DNA of 64,000 nucleotides from a phage: NCBI GenBank assembly GCA_036253055.1, contig GCA_036253055.1_4124.1; one strand, 5' to 3'. Shown piece by piece: positions 37,978 to 45,041 of this stretch (position 1 is its first letter; each line of letters starts with the position of its first letter). The notes under the pieces were generated by a model. It saw only the letters and a program-made list of their open reading frames with translations, ran no database searches and was not told where the DNA came from. The position numbers and the translations under genes were made by a program.

Positions 37978-38220
37978 TTACAGTACTTTACTATCAATGG
38001 CAACTACTTTTTTTACTTGAACTGCGTGGAATACTTCACTCGTATTTTTAGTACTGAATACTTTTGCCGTACCTTGTTCGACCGCAATACGATAGCGACC
38101 GTTAACGTCCACCATATTGATAAAGTCCGGTGTACTGAATGGAGTTACCCGGCATTTAAGAACGGTTAACAGTTCCACCAGCGTTGTAGTCTCTTTGATA
38201 CGTTTTTCTAAAGTAATCAT
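37978..38220 (-). CDS. Hypothetical protein (80 aa)
   Basis: Start moved to ATG 38220 (MITLEK); promoter TTGACA-N17-TACTAT upstream. Confidence 0.5.
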   Translation of the reverse strand: MITLEKRIKETTTLVELLTVLKCRVTPFSTPDFINMVDVNGRYRIAVEQGTAKVFSTKNTSEVFHAVQVKKVVAIDSKVL

Positions 38221-38273
38221 TTTGTTTTCCCCGTGTTGGTATGCATTCATAGTACTAAAACATTTGAGTACTG

Positions 38274-38528
38274 TCAACGTGATATTAGTTTTATTTTTTT
38301 ATTGTATTGTTGGTGTTCATATAGATTAATTTTTCCAGTACTCTCGATCACTATTCTATTGTTAGTGTCTACATCGATAACACGTAGTTTCCCGTTGCTT
38401 AACTTCCTGGGTAATAGACTACCATTAATAAACTCATTAGCAAGCTGTACGGCCTTTGTGATGATTCTCTGTGGGGCTTTATAGTGTACCCGTAATACAT
38501 TATCGTTTGATAGTTGAACCTTAATCAT
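38274..38528 (-). CDS. Hypothetical protein (84 aa)
   Basis: Track ORF directly after terminator. Confidence 0.5.
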   Translation of the reverse strand: MIKVQLSNDNVLRVHYKAPQRIITKAVQLANEFINGSLLPRKLSNGKLRVIDVDTNNRIVIESTGKINLYEHQQYNKKIKLISR

Positions 38529-38541
38529 TTTGTTTATCCTA

Positions 38542-38567
38542 TAAAAAAGGCGGGAACTATTCCCGCC
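38542..38567 (-). terminator. Intrinsic terminator (GGCGGGAAtagTTCCCGCC + T6)
   Basis: Perfect 8-bp stem followed by TTTTTT on minus strand, downstream of stop at 38591. Confidence 0.7.
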
Positions 38568-38590
38568 GTGTTGTTAGTACTGCAAAGTTA

Positions 38591-38986
38591 TTAGATAACC
38601 TGGCGGCGTTTACTGTATACTGTTACACGGTTTCCTTTACGGTCATGACGAATCTCTTTCTGGTTACGAATCAGTTCACTTGGACGCTTAAGGTTTGCCA
38701 GGTGATCCGCGTGAGTCCATGCATTTGCGTTAACTGTAACTTCAATATCAGAACCTTTCAAAAAGTCATCTTGAGCGTTCAGTACTTCAGCCAGTTCTTG
38801 AGCTTTCTTCAGTTCTGCTTCAGTAAGTACTGGTTCAGGTGAATTCACAATATCAGAGATCTCTTTGAACTGTACCGCCCAGCGTTGTCCTTTCGGTGCA
38901 TCTTTGCCCATGTCTTTAAATGTTTCACCTTCTTCACGGGCAACGATGCGAGCTTGTTCACGGGTAGCGAAGAATTTAGTAATCAT
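38591..38986 (-). CDS. Hypothetical protein (131 aa); paralog of 51008-51274
   Basis: Shared ATREQARIVAREEGETFKDMG / KHDRKGNRVTVYS blocks; SD AGGA; promoter TTGACA-N17-TATAAT upstream. Confidence 0.6.
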   Translation of the reverse strand: MITKFFATREQARIVAREEGETFKDMGKDAPKGQRWAVQFKEISDIVNSPEPVLTEAELKKAQELAEVLNAQDDFLKGSDIEVTVNANAWTHADHLANLKRPSELIRNQKEIRHDRKGNRVTVYSKRRQVI

Positions 38987-39085
38987 GGTGTACATCCTAT
39001 TAGTTAAGTTAATTAGTACTACAAGTTAGAGTCTATTATAAAGTACTATCTGGGCAATGTCAAATAGTACTTTAAATGGATTCTA

Positions 39086-39409
39086 TTACATGTCTTTCTT
39101 ACGTTTTACATCGTAGTAACGAACTGTAATTTCTTTGTTGATCTCTTCCTCGATGCGGTGAATAACTTTTTCTTTCGGGTTGAAACCTATTACAGTTTCT
39201 TTAATGATCTCCAAGCCCGTGTATTCGCCTTGTGTACCGTAACCGTAAGTAAAGGTTTCATGTCCCAGGTCTTCCCAGCGGTCACCAATCAATGCAGACA
39301 CGTAGCATGAGTGGTAAGTATTGCCGTGGCTATCAGTCCACCGATTAACTTTAATGTCAAAGGAGGTTACAATTTTCAATTCGACTTTCTGGGTAAGGAT
39401 CATAGTCAT
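39086..39409 (-). CDS. Hypothetical protein (107 aa); paralog of 46147-46470
   Basis: Shared RWTDSxGNTYHSC...FTYGY blocks and C-terminal VKRKKD. Confidence 0.6.
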   Translation of the reverse strand: MTMILTQKVELKIVTSFDIKVNRWTDSHGNTYHSCYVSALIGDRWEDLGHETFTYGYGTQGEYTGLEIIKETVIGFNPKEKVIHRIEEEINKEITVRYYDVKRKKDM

Positions 39410-39431
39410 TTTAATTTCTCTCTTTTTGTTA

Positions 39432-39492
39432 GGAGGGGAACCATTCCCCTCACTTGATGTAAACTATTATACAGTACTAAGATACTTTGTCA
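39432..39492 (-). promoter_or_regulatory. Class-1 cassette (TTGACA-N16-TATAAT + hairpin GAGGGGAAtggTTCCCCTC)
   Basis: Read on minus strand. Confidence 0.6.
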
Positions 39493-39496
39493 ATAC

Positions 39497-39631
39497 TTAT
39501 TTGTTTTCTTTTCGTAATTTCTTTTCAGCTTCAACTACATTACGATTTGTGCAAACCACTTCATCGGATAAATCTAACTTCCAGCCAGCCAGGGGATTGG
39601 TTGCTTTTTTAGTGTTGTTTGCTGCTTTCAT
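39497..39631 (-). CDS. Small lysine-rich protein (44 aa)
   Basis: Not in track; MKAANNTKKATNPLAGW...; paralogous small ORFs at 44239 and 45042; promoter TTGACA-N16-TATAAT. Confidence 0.45.
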   Translation of the reverse strand: MKAANNTKKATNPLAGWKLDLSDEVVCTNRNVVEAEKKLRKENK

Positions 39632-39698
39632 GATGTTTCCTTATTAATTAAGATGTAAACTATTATACAGTACTAAAAACTATTGTCAAACTATTTTA

Positions 39699-39899
39699 TC
39701 AAATTGTTTCCCATTTCATGTTACCCGCTTTACGCTGTGCAACAGGAATAAACATGTTATTAATGTTACTAATATAACCGACCTGTAAGTCACGCTGTGA
39801 ACCATACGCCCGACTTGCTGCATTTTTAGCACCGCGTTCTGATTTATAAACGCCGCTGGATACTGTAAATCCTACTACACCGAAAGTAAAATGTTTCAT
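39699..39899 (-). CDS. Hypothetical protein (66 aa)
   Basis: SD AAAGAGGAA; consensus promoter TTGACA-N16-TATAAT immediately upstream. Confidence 0.6.
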   Translation of the reverse strand: MKHFTFGVVGFTVSSGVYKSERGAKNAASRAYGSQRDLQVGYISNINNMFIPVAQRKAGNMKWETI

Positions 39900-39967
39900 T
39901 TTGTATTCCTCTTTGTGGTTGATGTAAGTATTATACTCGTTTACTTGGTATTGTCAAACTATTTTAT

Positions 39968-40074
39968 CAGGGGAGGTTTTCGTATGTCTTACTCCTGGAC
40001 TACTTAACGGGGAGTTACTTGTTTCGTTCCCCGTCCTGATGTAAAACATTATACGCTTATCATGATACTTTGCA
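39968..40074 (-). ncRNA. Candidate structured leader/sRNA element X (copy 1) with its own class-1 promoter
   Basis: Promoter TTGCAA-N16-TATAAT followed by ~80-nt element with nested inverted repeats and no conserved ORF; second copy at 50779-50886. Confidence 0.35.
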
Positions 40075-40099
40075 AGTACTTTTTAAAAAATAGTTTTCA

Positions 40100-40235
40100 G
40101 TACTTGATAGTACTAGCCACCAGCATATAATAGATACATTTATGCACCCTGTGGGTTAGATTGTTTCTGTGCATATATAATAGCAAAGGGACTGACCGGA
40201 GTCAATCCCTTTTTTAAATCTTTTTAAACTTGTTT
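40100..40235 (-). repeat. Intergenic repeat copy C (conserved element + intrinsic terminator)
   Basis: Element TGCACCCTGTGGGTTAG; terminator hairpin + T-run. Confidence 0.6.
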
Positions 40236-40373
40236 TGGGTTGCGATATGTGATAGCGTTCGGGTACATTTGTTTAATGTTATTCCATGCCTGGTTAACAT
40301 TGTAACCACTTGATCGAATCAGTTGGTTACTACCGACACCTTGAAACACTACTTCAAATAAGAATTCTTTCAT
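40224..40373 (-). CDS. Small hypothetical protein (49 aa)
   Basis: Not in track; SD GAGGTG; ATGA overlap with upstream small gene. Confidence 0.4.
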   Translation of the reverse strand: MKEFLFEVVFQGVGSNQLIRSSGYNVNQAWNNIKQMYPNAITYRNPKQV

Positions 40374-40543
40374 GCTTTCACCTCGCTATCTGCTTTGCCT
40401 TTACGCCAGGCCGTTGCTAATTGTTCGCGTTGCCATAAGTCGAGTGATACGTAAAGTTTTGCATTATCACCCTTCGGATATTCGCCAGTAGTACCAATCC
40501 GATAAAACAGATCTTTCAGTACTGATAATTCTACTTGGATCAT
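40370..40543 (-). CDS. Small hypothetical protein (57 aa)
   Basis: Not in track; SD AGGAG; ATGA overlaps on both sides. Confidence 0.45.
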   Translation of the reverse strand: MIQVELSVLKDLFYRIGTTGEYPKGDNAKLYVSLDLWQREQLATAWRKGKADSEVKA

Positions 40544-40632
40544 TGTATTACTCCTGATTGTGTTAGTACTTCTACGATGGCATGAATGATCATAAGTACA
40601 GCTAACACAACAATCATCGGATTCATTTGCAT
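40540..40632 (-). CDS. Small hydrophobic peptide (30 aa), single predicted TM helix
   Basis: Not in track; SD AAGGAG; MQMNPMIVVLAVLMIIHAIVEVL... Confidence 0.4.
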   Translation of the reverse strand: MQMNPMIVVLAVLMIIHAIVEVLTQSGVIQ

Positions 40633-40649
40633 AAGCTGTACTCCTTCTA

Positions 40650-40862
40650 TTAATCTTTCAGCCAATGATCTTGAATGAATTTTTCACAGAATCCCTGTTT
40701 CATAGATTCTAACAGGCGTTCACGGTGAGCGGCGGCATATTGCTCAGTACTATGCGTTACGCCAGGTTGATAACGTGAAACACCGTCCGGTCCGATATAT
40801 TGAACATCCCACGGTTTTTCGTTAGTATCAGACCATTTACGAACGATTAGTTGACCTTGCAT
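40650..40862 (-). CDS. Hypothetical protein (70 aa)
   Basis: SD AAGAGGAAAG; cassette upstream. Confidence 0.6.
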   Translation of the reverse strand: MQGQLIVRKWSDTNEKPWDVQYIGPDGVSRYQPGVTHSTEQYAAAHRERLLESMKQGFCEKFIQDHWLKD

Positions 40863-40879
40863 GTTTCTTTCCTCTTAGT

Positions 40880-40939
40880 GGGGAGAATCATTTCTCCCCT
40901 TCATGTAAACTATTATACAGTACTAGATTACATTGTCAA
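40880..40939 (-). promoter_or_regulatory. Class-1 cassette (TTGACA-N16-TATAAT + hairpin GGGGAGAAatgaTTCTCCCC)
   Basis: Read on minus strand. Confidence 0.6.
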
Positions 40940-40945
40940 TAGTTT

Positions 40946-41269
40946 TTATTCACCTTGTTTGAATTTAGTTTTCTCCATTGATTCCATGATTGCAACCAAT
41001 ACAGCATGGATCTCACTTAACGCGGCATCACTAAAAGCATTAATGAATAGGCAATCATTCTCGCGAATATTTTTAATGTACTTATCAGCAGTGGTTGCGA
41101 ATTCATTCAACGGCAGATCAAATGCTTTATCCCATAATGGATGGCGTAACTGTAACAGTACTGGATTATCACGGTCACCAGGTGAGAAAGTGCCTGTAAT
41201 GAAACATACACCAGGGATACTTTCGAATTGACAACGAACTTCTTTTGTGATAGTAGTATGAATATACAT
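40946..41269 (-). CDS. Hypothetical protein (107 aa)
   Basis: SD AGAGGAT. Confidence 0.55.
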   Translation of the reverse strand: MYIHTTITKEVRCQFESIPGVCFITGTFSPGDRDNPVLLQLRHPLWDKAFDLPLNEFATTADKYIKNIRENDCLFINAFSDAALSEIHAVLVAIMESMEKTKFKQGE

Positions 41270-41296
41270 TTATTTTTATCCTCTATTAAATTAATA

Positions 41297-41485
41297 TTAC
41301 AGTTTATGAATCAATTCTTTATCTAAGCGATAGCGAACATTATTGATTGTAACTGCATTGTTTTTAATGCTACGCTGTACAGGTCCACCAGCAATAACAA
41401 ACGTTGCCTTATTGCCCCGAACGATGATAGCACTTCCAGGATTACCAAAATCATCTTGTACTAAAATACTTGATAAGTTTTGCAT
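41297..41485 (-). CDS. Hypothetical protein (62 aa)
   Basis: SD AAGGAAAG; cassette upstream. Confidence 0.55.
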   Translation of the reverse strand: MQNLSSILVQDDFGNPGSAIIVRGNKATFVIAGGPVQRSIKNNAVTINNVRYRLDKELIHKL

Positions 41486-41502
41486 TTGTCTTTCCTTGTA
41501 GT

Positions 41503-41561
41503 GGGGAGAACTATTCTCCCCTTCATGTAAACTATTATACAGTACTTAAAACTAAATGCAA
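41503..41561 (-). promoter_or_regulatory. Class-1 cassette (TTGCAT-N16-TATAAT + AGTTTACAT + perfect hairpin GGGGAGAAtagTTCTCCCC)
   Basis: Read on minus strand. Confidence 0.65.
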
Positions 41562-41564
41562 GTA

Positions 41565-41921
41565 CTAGGATAAAATCATTATAGGATATTCACAGTTAAT
41601 CAGTACTTCAAAACCAAAACTTTCATACCATTCTTTAAGATTAAACTCGTTATCTTCTCCCGTATCGCATTCTAAGATGATACAATCTGAATCATCGGCG
41701 GCATCAATAAAGGCATTCATTAATTCAGTACCTTCACCGTTACCGCGATTATCGGGATCAACATAAAGAGAATCAATAAACGCTACACGATCATAATCAA
41801 GATCCGGTGCAACAATGCCACGTTTAACAAACCAGTACTGCAATTGTGCTACTTTGCCTTGTACTTGATAGCCAGTGATCTCACCATTGTCTGTAGTACG
41901 CGTGATATGTTGTATACCCAT
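41565..41921 (-). CDS. GNAT-family N-acetyltransferase-like protein (118 aa)
   Basis: Motif A VDPDNRGNGEGTELMNAFI; motif B WYESFGFEV; SD GAGGA; promoter TTGACA-N16-TATAAT. Confidence 0.55.
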   Translation of the reverse strand: MGIQHITRTTDNGEITGYQVQGKVAQLQYWFVKRGIVAPDLDYDRVAFIDSLYVDPDNRGNGEGTELMNAFIDAADDSDCIILECDTGEDNEFNLKEWYESFGFEVLINCEYPIMILS

Positions 41922-41984
41922 GATTTCAATCCTCAGTTAAGATATAAAATATTATACACTAACTAACAGCACTGTCAATACTTT

Positions 41985-42242
41985 TTATCTCATAGATCTA
42001 TGCCAACAATTACGGGGATTGCGTTTGAATATGCTATCATGATCAGCCTGGCAAGTGATGCAGTACTTACACCCCTTAACGGCCAGGCGGCGATTCTCAG
42101 GGATTTTATCGCCGCAGTCGAGGCAATGTATCAGTGATTCTATTTGTGCGTTAATTTGCGTTCTAGCGTGGTTTACAGCGGCCTGAATCACTGCGTTAAT
42201 CTCGTCTTGCTCGGCCCCGTCATTCGCGAATCCAACAGCCAT
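41985..42242 (-). CDS. TraR/DksA-family C4 zinc-finger protein (85 aa)
   Basis: CLDCGDKIPENRR...(17)...CITCQ (CxxC-N17-CxxC with GxxIP); SD TGAGGT. Confidence 0.6.
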   Translation of the reverse strand: MAVGFANDGAEQDEINAVIQAAVNHARTQINAQIESLIHCLDCGDKIPENRRLAVKGCKYCITCQADHDSIFKRNPRNCWHRSMR

Positions 42243-42405
42243 TATTTTAACCTCATTATAAAAATACTATAGTACTGTAATGCTACAATAATACTACTAG
42301 TACTGATTTTATTCAAACCGTATGATACTACATATTCCCCAGCATTACCACGAATGGTAACGCCTTTGTACTTTCTATATAATTTCAACTACGTTTATTG
42401 CCTTT

Positions 42406-42476
42406 GATCAAGATTTGATCAGAATTATACGCCTTATGCTAAATTGATCCAGTACTTTTTTGATCATTTATTGATC
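42406..42476. repeat. Cluster of five TTGATC(N) direct repeats (five GATC sites in 71 bp)
   Basis: GATC at 42406, 42417, 42446, 42462, 42473, each in TTGATC context. Confidence 0.5.
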
Positions 42477-42497
42477 GATATTATATAGTTACATTTG

Positions 42498-42567
42498 TGC
42501 ACCCTATGGGTTAGTGACGTTCTCGTCTTGATGTAAGTATTATGCCAGTACTGGCATAATTTGTCAA
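42498..42567 (-). promoter_or_regulatory. Class-2 promoter (TTGACA..CAGTACTGGCATAAT) + conserved CACTAACCCAtAGGGTGCA element
   Basis: Near-identical unit on plus strand at 48508-48577. Confidence 0.5.
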
Positions 42568-42571
42568 TAGA

Positions 42572-42769
42572 TTATTTTAACTTTTTTCTGTCATTGATTA
42601 ATGCTTTCAGTACTATACTAATGATCTGCAATGATTCATCAATGACTATAAAATTATTTTCTTTCATTAGATGATAGTTACCATTGATTGTATATTCTAA
42701 GGAGTACTGTTTACGTTTAATTTTTGATAATGTTTCTATTTGTTTTTGTACTGATTTCATGCTAATCAT
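42572..42769 (-). CDS. Hypothetical protein (65 aa)
   Basis: Track ORF; weak SD. Confidence 0.45.
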   Translation of the reverse strand: MISMKSVQKQIETLSKIKRKQYSLEYTINGNYHLMKENNFIVIDESLQIISIVLKALINDRKKLK

Positions 42770-42874
42770 TGTTAAACGTCCTGTAACGCATTCTAACGAG
42801 TTAAACGGTTTAGTACTGGCATTGTATAGGGTAAAGGATTAAAGCCCACCAGCGTTAACCAGTGGGCTATAATC

Positions 42875-43018
42875 TTACATCTTGCGGATAATCTTAACAG
42901 TATCTTTCACCGATTTACCGTCTTGCTGACATTGTTCGATCATCGCGTATTGTTCTGCGGTCAGATCCTCGCCAGTTTTTGCCAGTACTGCGTCGATGAA
43001 TGAATCCAGTGCGATCAT
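42875..43018 (-). CDS. Small hypothetical protein (47 aa)
   Basis: Not in track; promoter TTGACA-N16-TATAAT and SD-like AGAGAGAAA upstream. Confidence 0.4.
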   Translation of the reverse strand: MIALDSFIDAVLAKTGEDLTAEQYAMIEQCQQDGKSVKDTVKIIRKM

Positions 43019-43116
43019 TTTGTTTCTCTCTTAGGTTAAGTTAACTACTGTTTATAAAACTTATTATACAGTACTATCAAACTATGTCAATATCTTTAAT
43101 AGTACTGGTAATATAT

Positions 43117-43297
43117 TTTAGCGGTAGTCGTCGTATGCTTTATTCACCTGGCGAATGTAACTTTCAAAGGCTTCGTCTACCGTTTCATACTCCCGAACAT
43201 AATCACCATAGGAAACTACATACATCCCTTTTTGATCTTCAAACGTCATGATGATAGAATCCAGGCCGATGATTTCAGTTTTTGCGATAATAGCCAT
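43117..43297 (-). pseudogene. Frameshifted MAII-family small gene (paralog of 46562-46774)
   Basis: Promoter, SD AAGGAA and ATG 43297 give only 19 codons; remaining reading frame continues to 43117 after a +1 shift at a C3 run (43260-43262). Confidence 0.45.
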
Positions 43298-43380
43298 TTT
43301 AGTATTCCTTAGTAGTGTAGTTGATAAAAGTTATTATGCCAGTACTATCAATCATTGTCAATAGTACTGTGATAATATTT

Positions 43381-43593
43381 TTAGTTAATGATAGTCAGTG
43401 TAAAATTGTAATCCCCTGCCTGGTATAGTACTTTGTCGCCGAATGTACCAACACGTTTCATATTGCAATAGATACCCATAACACTTTTTACATCTTTGAT
43501 ATTCCGAACGCCTGTGATATCCTTGTTGAAATTTTCATGTTCAGAAAATAAAACTTGTTTTGCATTTTTCAGTACAGTGCAGATATTAGCCAT
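43381..43593 (-). CDS. Hypothetical protein (70 aa)
   Basis: Cassette upstream; SD-like GAGAGAAA. Confidence 0.55.
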   Translation of the reverse strand: MANICTVLKNAKQVLFSEHENFNKDITGVRNIKDVKSVMGIYCNMKRVGTFGDKVLYQAGDYNFTLTIIN

Positions 43594-43613
43594 TTTGATT
43601 TCTCTCTGTTTGT

Positions 43614-43682
43614 GGGGAGAACTATTCTCCCCTTGATGTAACTTATTATACAGTACTATAATCTATTGTCAAACTATTTTTT
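43614..43682 (-). promoter_or_regulatory. Class-1 cassette (TTGACA-N16-TATAAT + hairpin GGGGAGAAtagTTCTCCCC)
   Basis: Read on minus strand. Confidence 0.65.
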
Positions 43683-43686
43683 AATA

Positions 43687-44028
43687 TTATTCAAAATCTT
43701 CTGGACCGGACTGATAATCATCTTCACCGTATGCACTTTCTAACTTCTCGCCAGTGTGATCATCAGTTAGTGAGTCATCCTCATAGTTCACGTCTACGCC
43801 TACAATGTAAAACTGGCTATCGTCTGGATCATTGAAATTAATTTTCTGAATGTTTACAATAACGGTATTGATGCCCAGGACACCGCCATCAGCAGTTACA
43901 AAGTACTGATATTTTTCACAACCGCCTGAATTGAAACCGTAATTAATTTCGGCCCGACCATCATTTAAACGCAGTGCCTGGGCGATGATTTCATTTTCAA
44001 AGTTAGATTGAGCAATTGAGATAGTCAT
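43687..44028 (-). CDS. Hypothetical acidic protein (113 aa)
   Basis: SD AAGGAAAC; cassette upstream. Confidence 0.6.
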   Translation of the reverse strand: MTISIAQSNFENEIIAQALRLNDGRAEINYGFNSGGCEKYQYFVTADGGVLGINTVIVNIQKINFNDPDDSQFYIVGVDVNYEDDSLTDDHTGEKLESAYGEDDYQSGPEDFE

Positions 44029-44048
44029 GATTTGTTTCCTTATTACCA

Positions 44049-44107
44049 GGGGAAACCGTTTCCCCTTTCGATGTAAAACATTATACGCTTATTGAGATAG
44101 TTTGCAA
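44049..44107 (-). promoter_or_regulatory. Class-1 cassette (TTGCAA-N16-TATAAT + hairpin GGGGAAacggTTTCCCC)
   Basis: Read on minus strand. Confidence 0.6.
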
Positions 44108-44109
44108 GT

Positions 44110-44240
44110 ACTTTTTAAAAATAGTTTTCAGTACTCAAACATTATATAATAGATACACTTATGCACCCTGTGGGCTAGTGAGCTATCTCTCAATGAATAT
44201 ATAATAGCAAAATGGCTGACCGGAGTCAACCACTTTTTTC
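44110..44240 (-). repeat. Intergenic repeat copy D (conserved element + terminator with compensatory stem changes)
   Basis: Element ATGCACCCTGTGGGCTAGTG; stem TGGCTGAC/GTCAACCA differs from copies A-C but pairs as RNA on minus strand via G-U. Confidence 0.6.
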
Positions 44241-44382
44241 ATTTATTTTTAGCTTTTAGAATCGCCGCCTTTCGCGTCATGCCTTGCTTGATGTATTCCT
44301 GTACTTTCGCTTTACGTGCATTCGCTTTATTTGCTTTCGTAAACGCCGAACAACTTTTATAATTTAAGCCTGTTGGATTCAT
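44239..44382 (-). CDS. Small basic protein (47 aa)
   Basis: Not in track; MNPTGLNYKSCSAFTKANKANARKAK...; SD GGTGA. Confidence 0.4.
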   Translation of the reverse strand: MNPTGLNYKSCSAFTKANKANARKAKVQEYIKQGMTRKAAILKAKNK

Positions 44383-44472
44383 TTAAATCACCATAAAGAA
44401 TAGATAGGTTACTAACAATGCCGCGATCAATGCACCGACCAGGGCCGAACTATAGTAAGCTAATGATTTCAT
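44383..44472 (-). CDS. Small hydrophobic peptide (29 aa)
   Basis: Not in track; MKSLAYYSSALVGALIAALLVTYLFFMVI; overlaps stop of upstream gene. Confidence 0.35.
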   Translation of the reverse strand: MKSLAYYSSALVGALIAALLVTYLFFMVI

Positions 44473-44621
44473 TTTTTAGCCTGAAAGTAATGTTTAATTT
44501 GTGCGGCGGTCAGTGCACAATTACGCAGGAAGTTTTCTGTATAACTGCGGCGAGTACTGAAAGAGAATTGACCTTTGCCGTTACCGATAGTAACATCAAA
44601 CCGAGCGTTGTATTGTTTCAT
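44469..44621 (-). CDS. Hypothetical protein (50 aa)
   Basis: Start moved to ATG 44621 (MKQYNARF, SD AGGAG); track N-terminus MVLPNNRR is the cassette hairpin. Confidence 0.5.
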   Translation of the reverse strand: MKQYNARFDVTIGNGKGQFSFSTRRSYTENFLRNCALTAAQIKHYFQAKK

Positions 44622-44639
44622 TTTGATTCTCCTGTTATT

Positions 44640-44699
44640 GGGGAGAACCATTTCTCCCCTCTATGTAAAACATTATACGCGTTTAAAAACTAATTGCAA
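44640..44699 (-). promoter_or_regulatory. Class-1 cassette (TTGCAA-N16-TATAAT + hairpin)
   Basis: Read on minus strand. Confidence 0.6.
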
Positions 44700-44707
44700 G
44701 TATTATT

Positions 44708-44959
44708 TTAAACTTTGTATTTTAAACTTTGTGCGACTAATTTCGCACGGTCAATCATATTCTGCCATTTTTGGATCTCTTCTGGTAGAAAACGATATTC
44801 ACCAATTACAATAGTGATACACTGGTCAGCCTTGTCGATGTATGTGGTATCAATCTCTACTTGAACGGGTACACGTTCGCCGTACTCAGTCCCTGGGATA
44901 ATGCAATCATTATCATAAGTTACAGTAGTAGCAGTGTCTTTGATTAAAATTGTTTCCAT
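44708..44959 (-). CDS. Hypothetical protein (83 aa)
   Basis: SD GAGGAAAG; 15-nt tandem duplication (ATTTTAAACTTTGT x2) spans the stop codon. Confidence 0.6.
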   Translation of the reverse strand: METILIKDTATTVTYDNDCIIPGTEYGERVPVQVEIDTTYIDKADQCITIVIGEYRFLPEEIQKWQNMIDRAKLVAQSLKYKV

Positions 44960-44980
44960 TATACTTTCCTCGTTAGGTGT

Positions 44981-45038
44981 AAGGGGAACGTTTTCCCCTT
45001 CATGTAAACTATTATACAGTACTAAAAACTAATTGCAA
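44981..45038 (-). promoter_or_regulatory. Class-1 cassette (TTGCAA-N16-TATAAT + hairpin GGGGAAAAcgTTCCCC)
   Basis: Read on minus strand. Confidence 0.6.
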
Positions 45039-45041
45039 GTA

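Noticed and set aside
40224-40373. LFEVVFQG in the 49-aa micro-protein as another protease-site occurrence
   Set aside because: Single occurrence in an unrelated tiny ORF with different flanking context from the family-A core; most likely coincidence.
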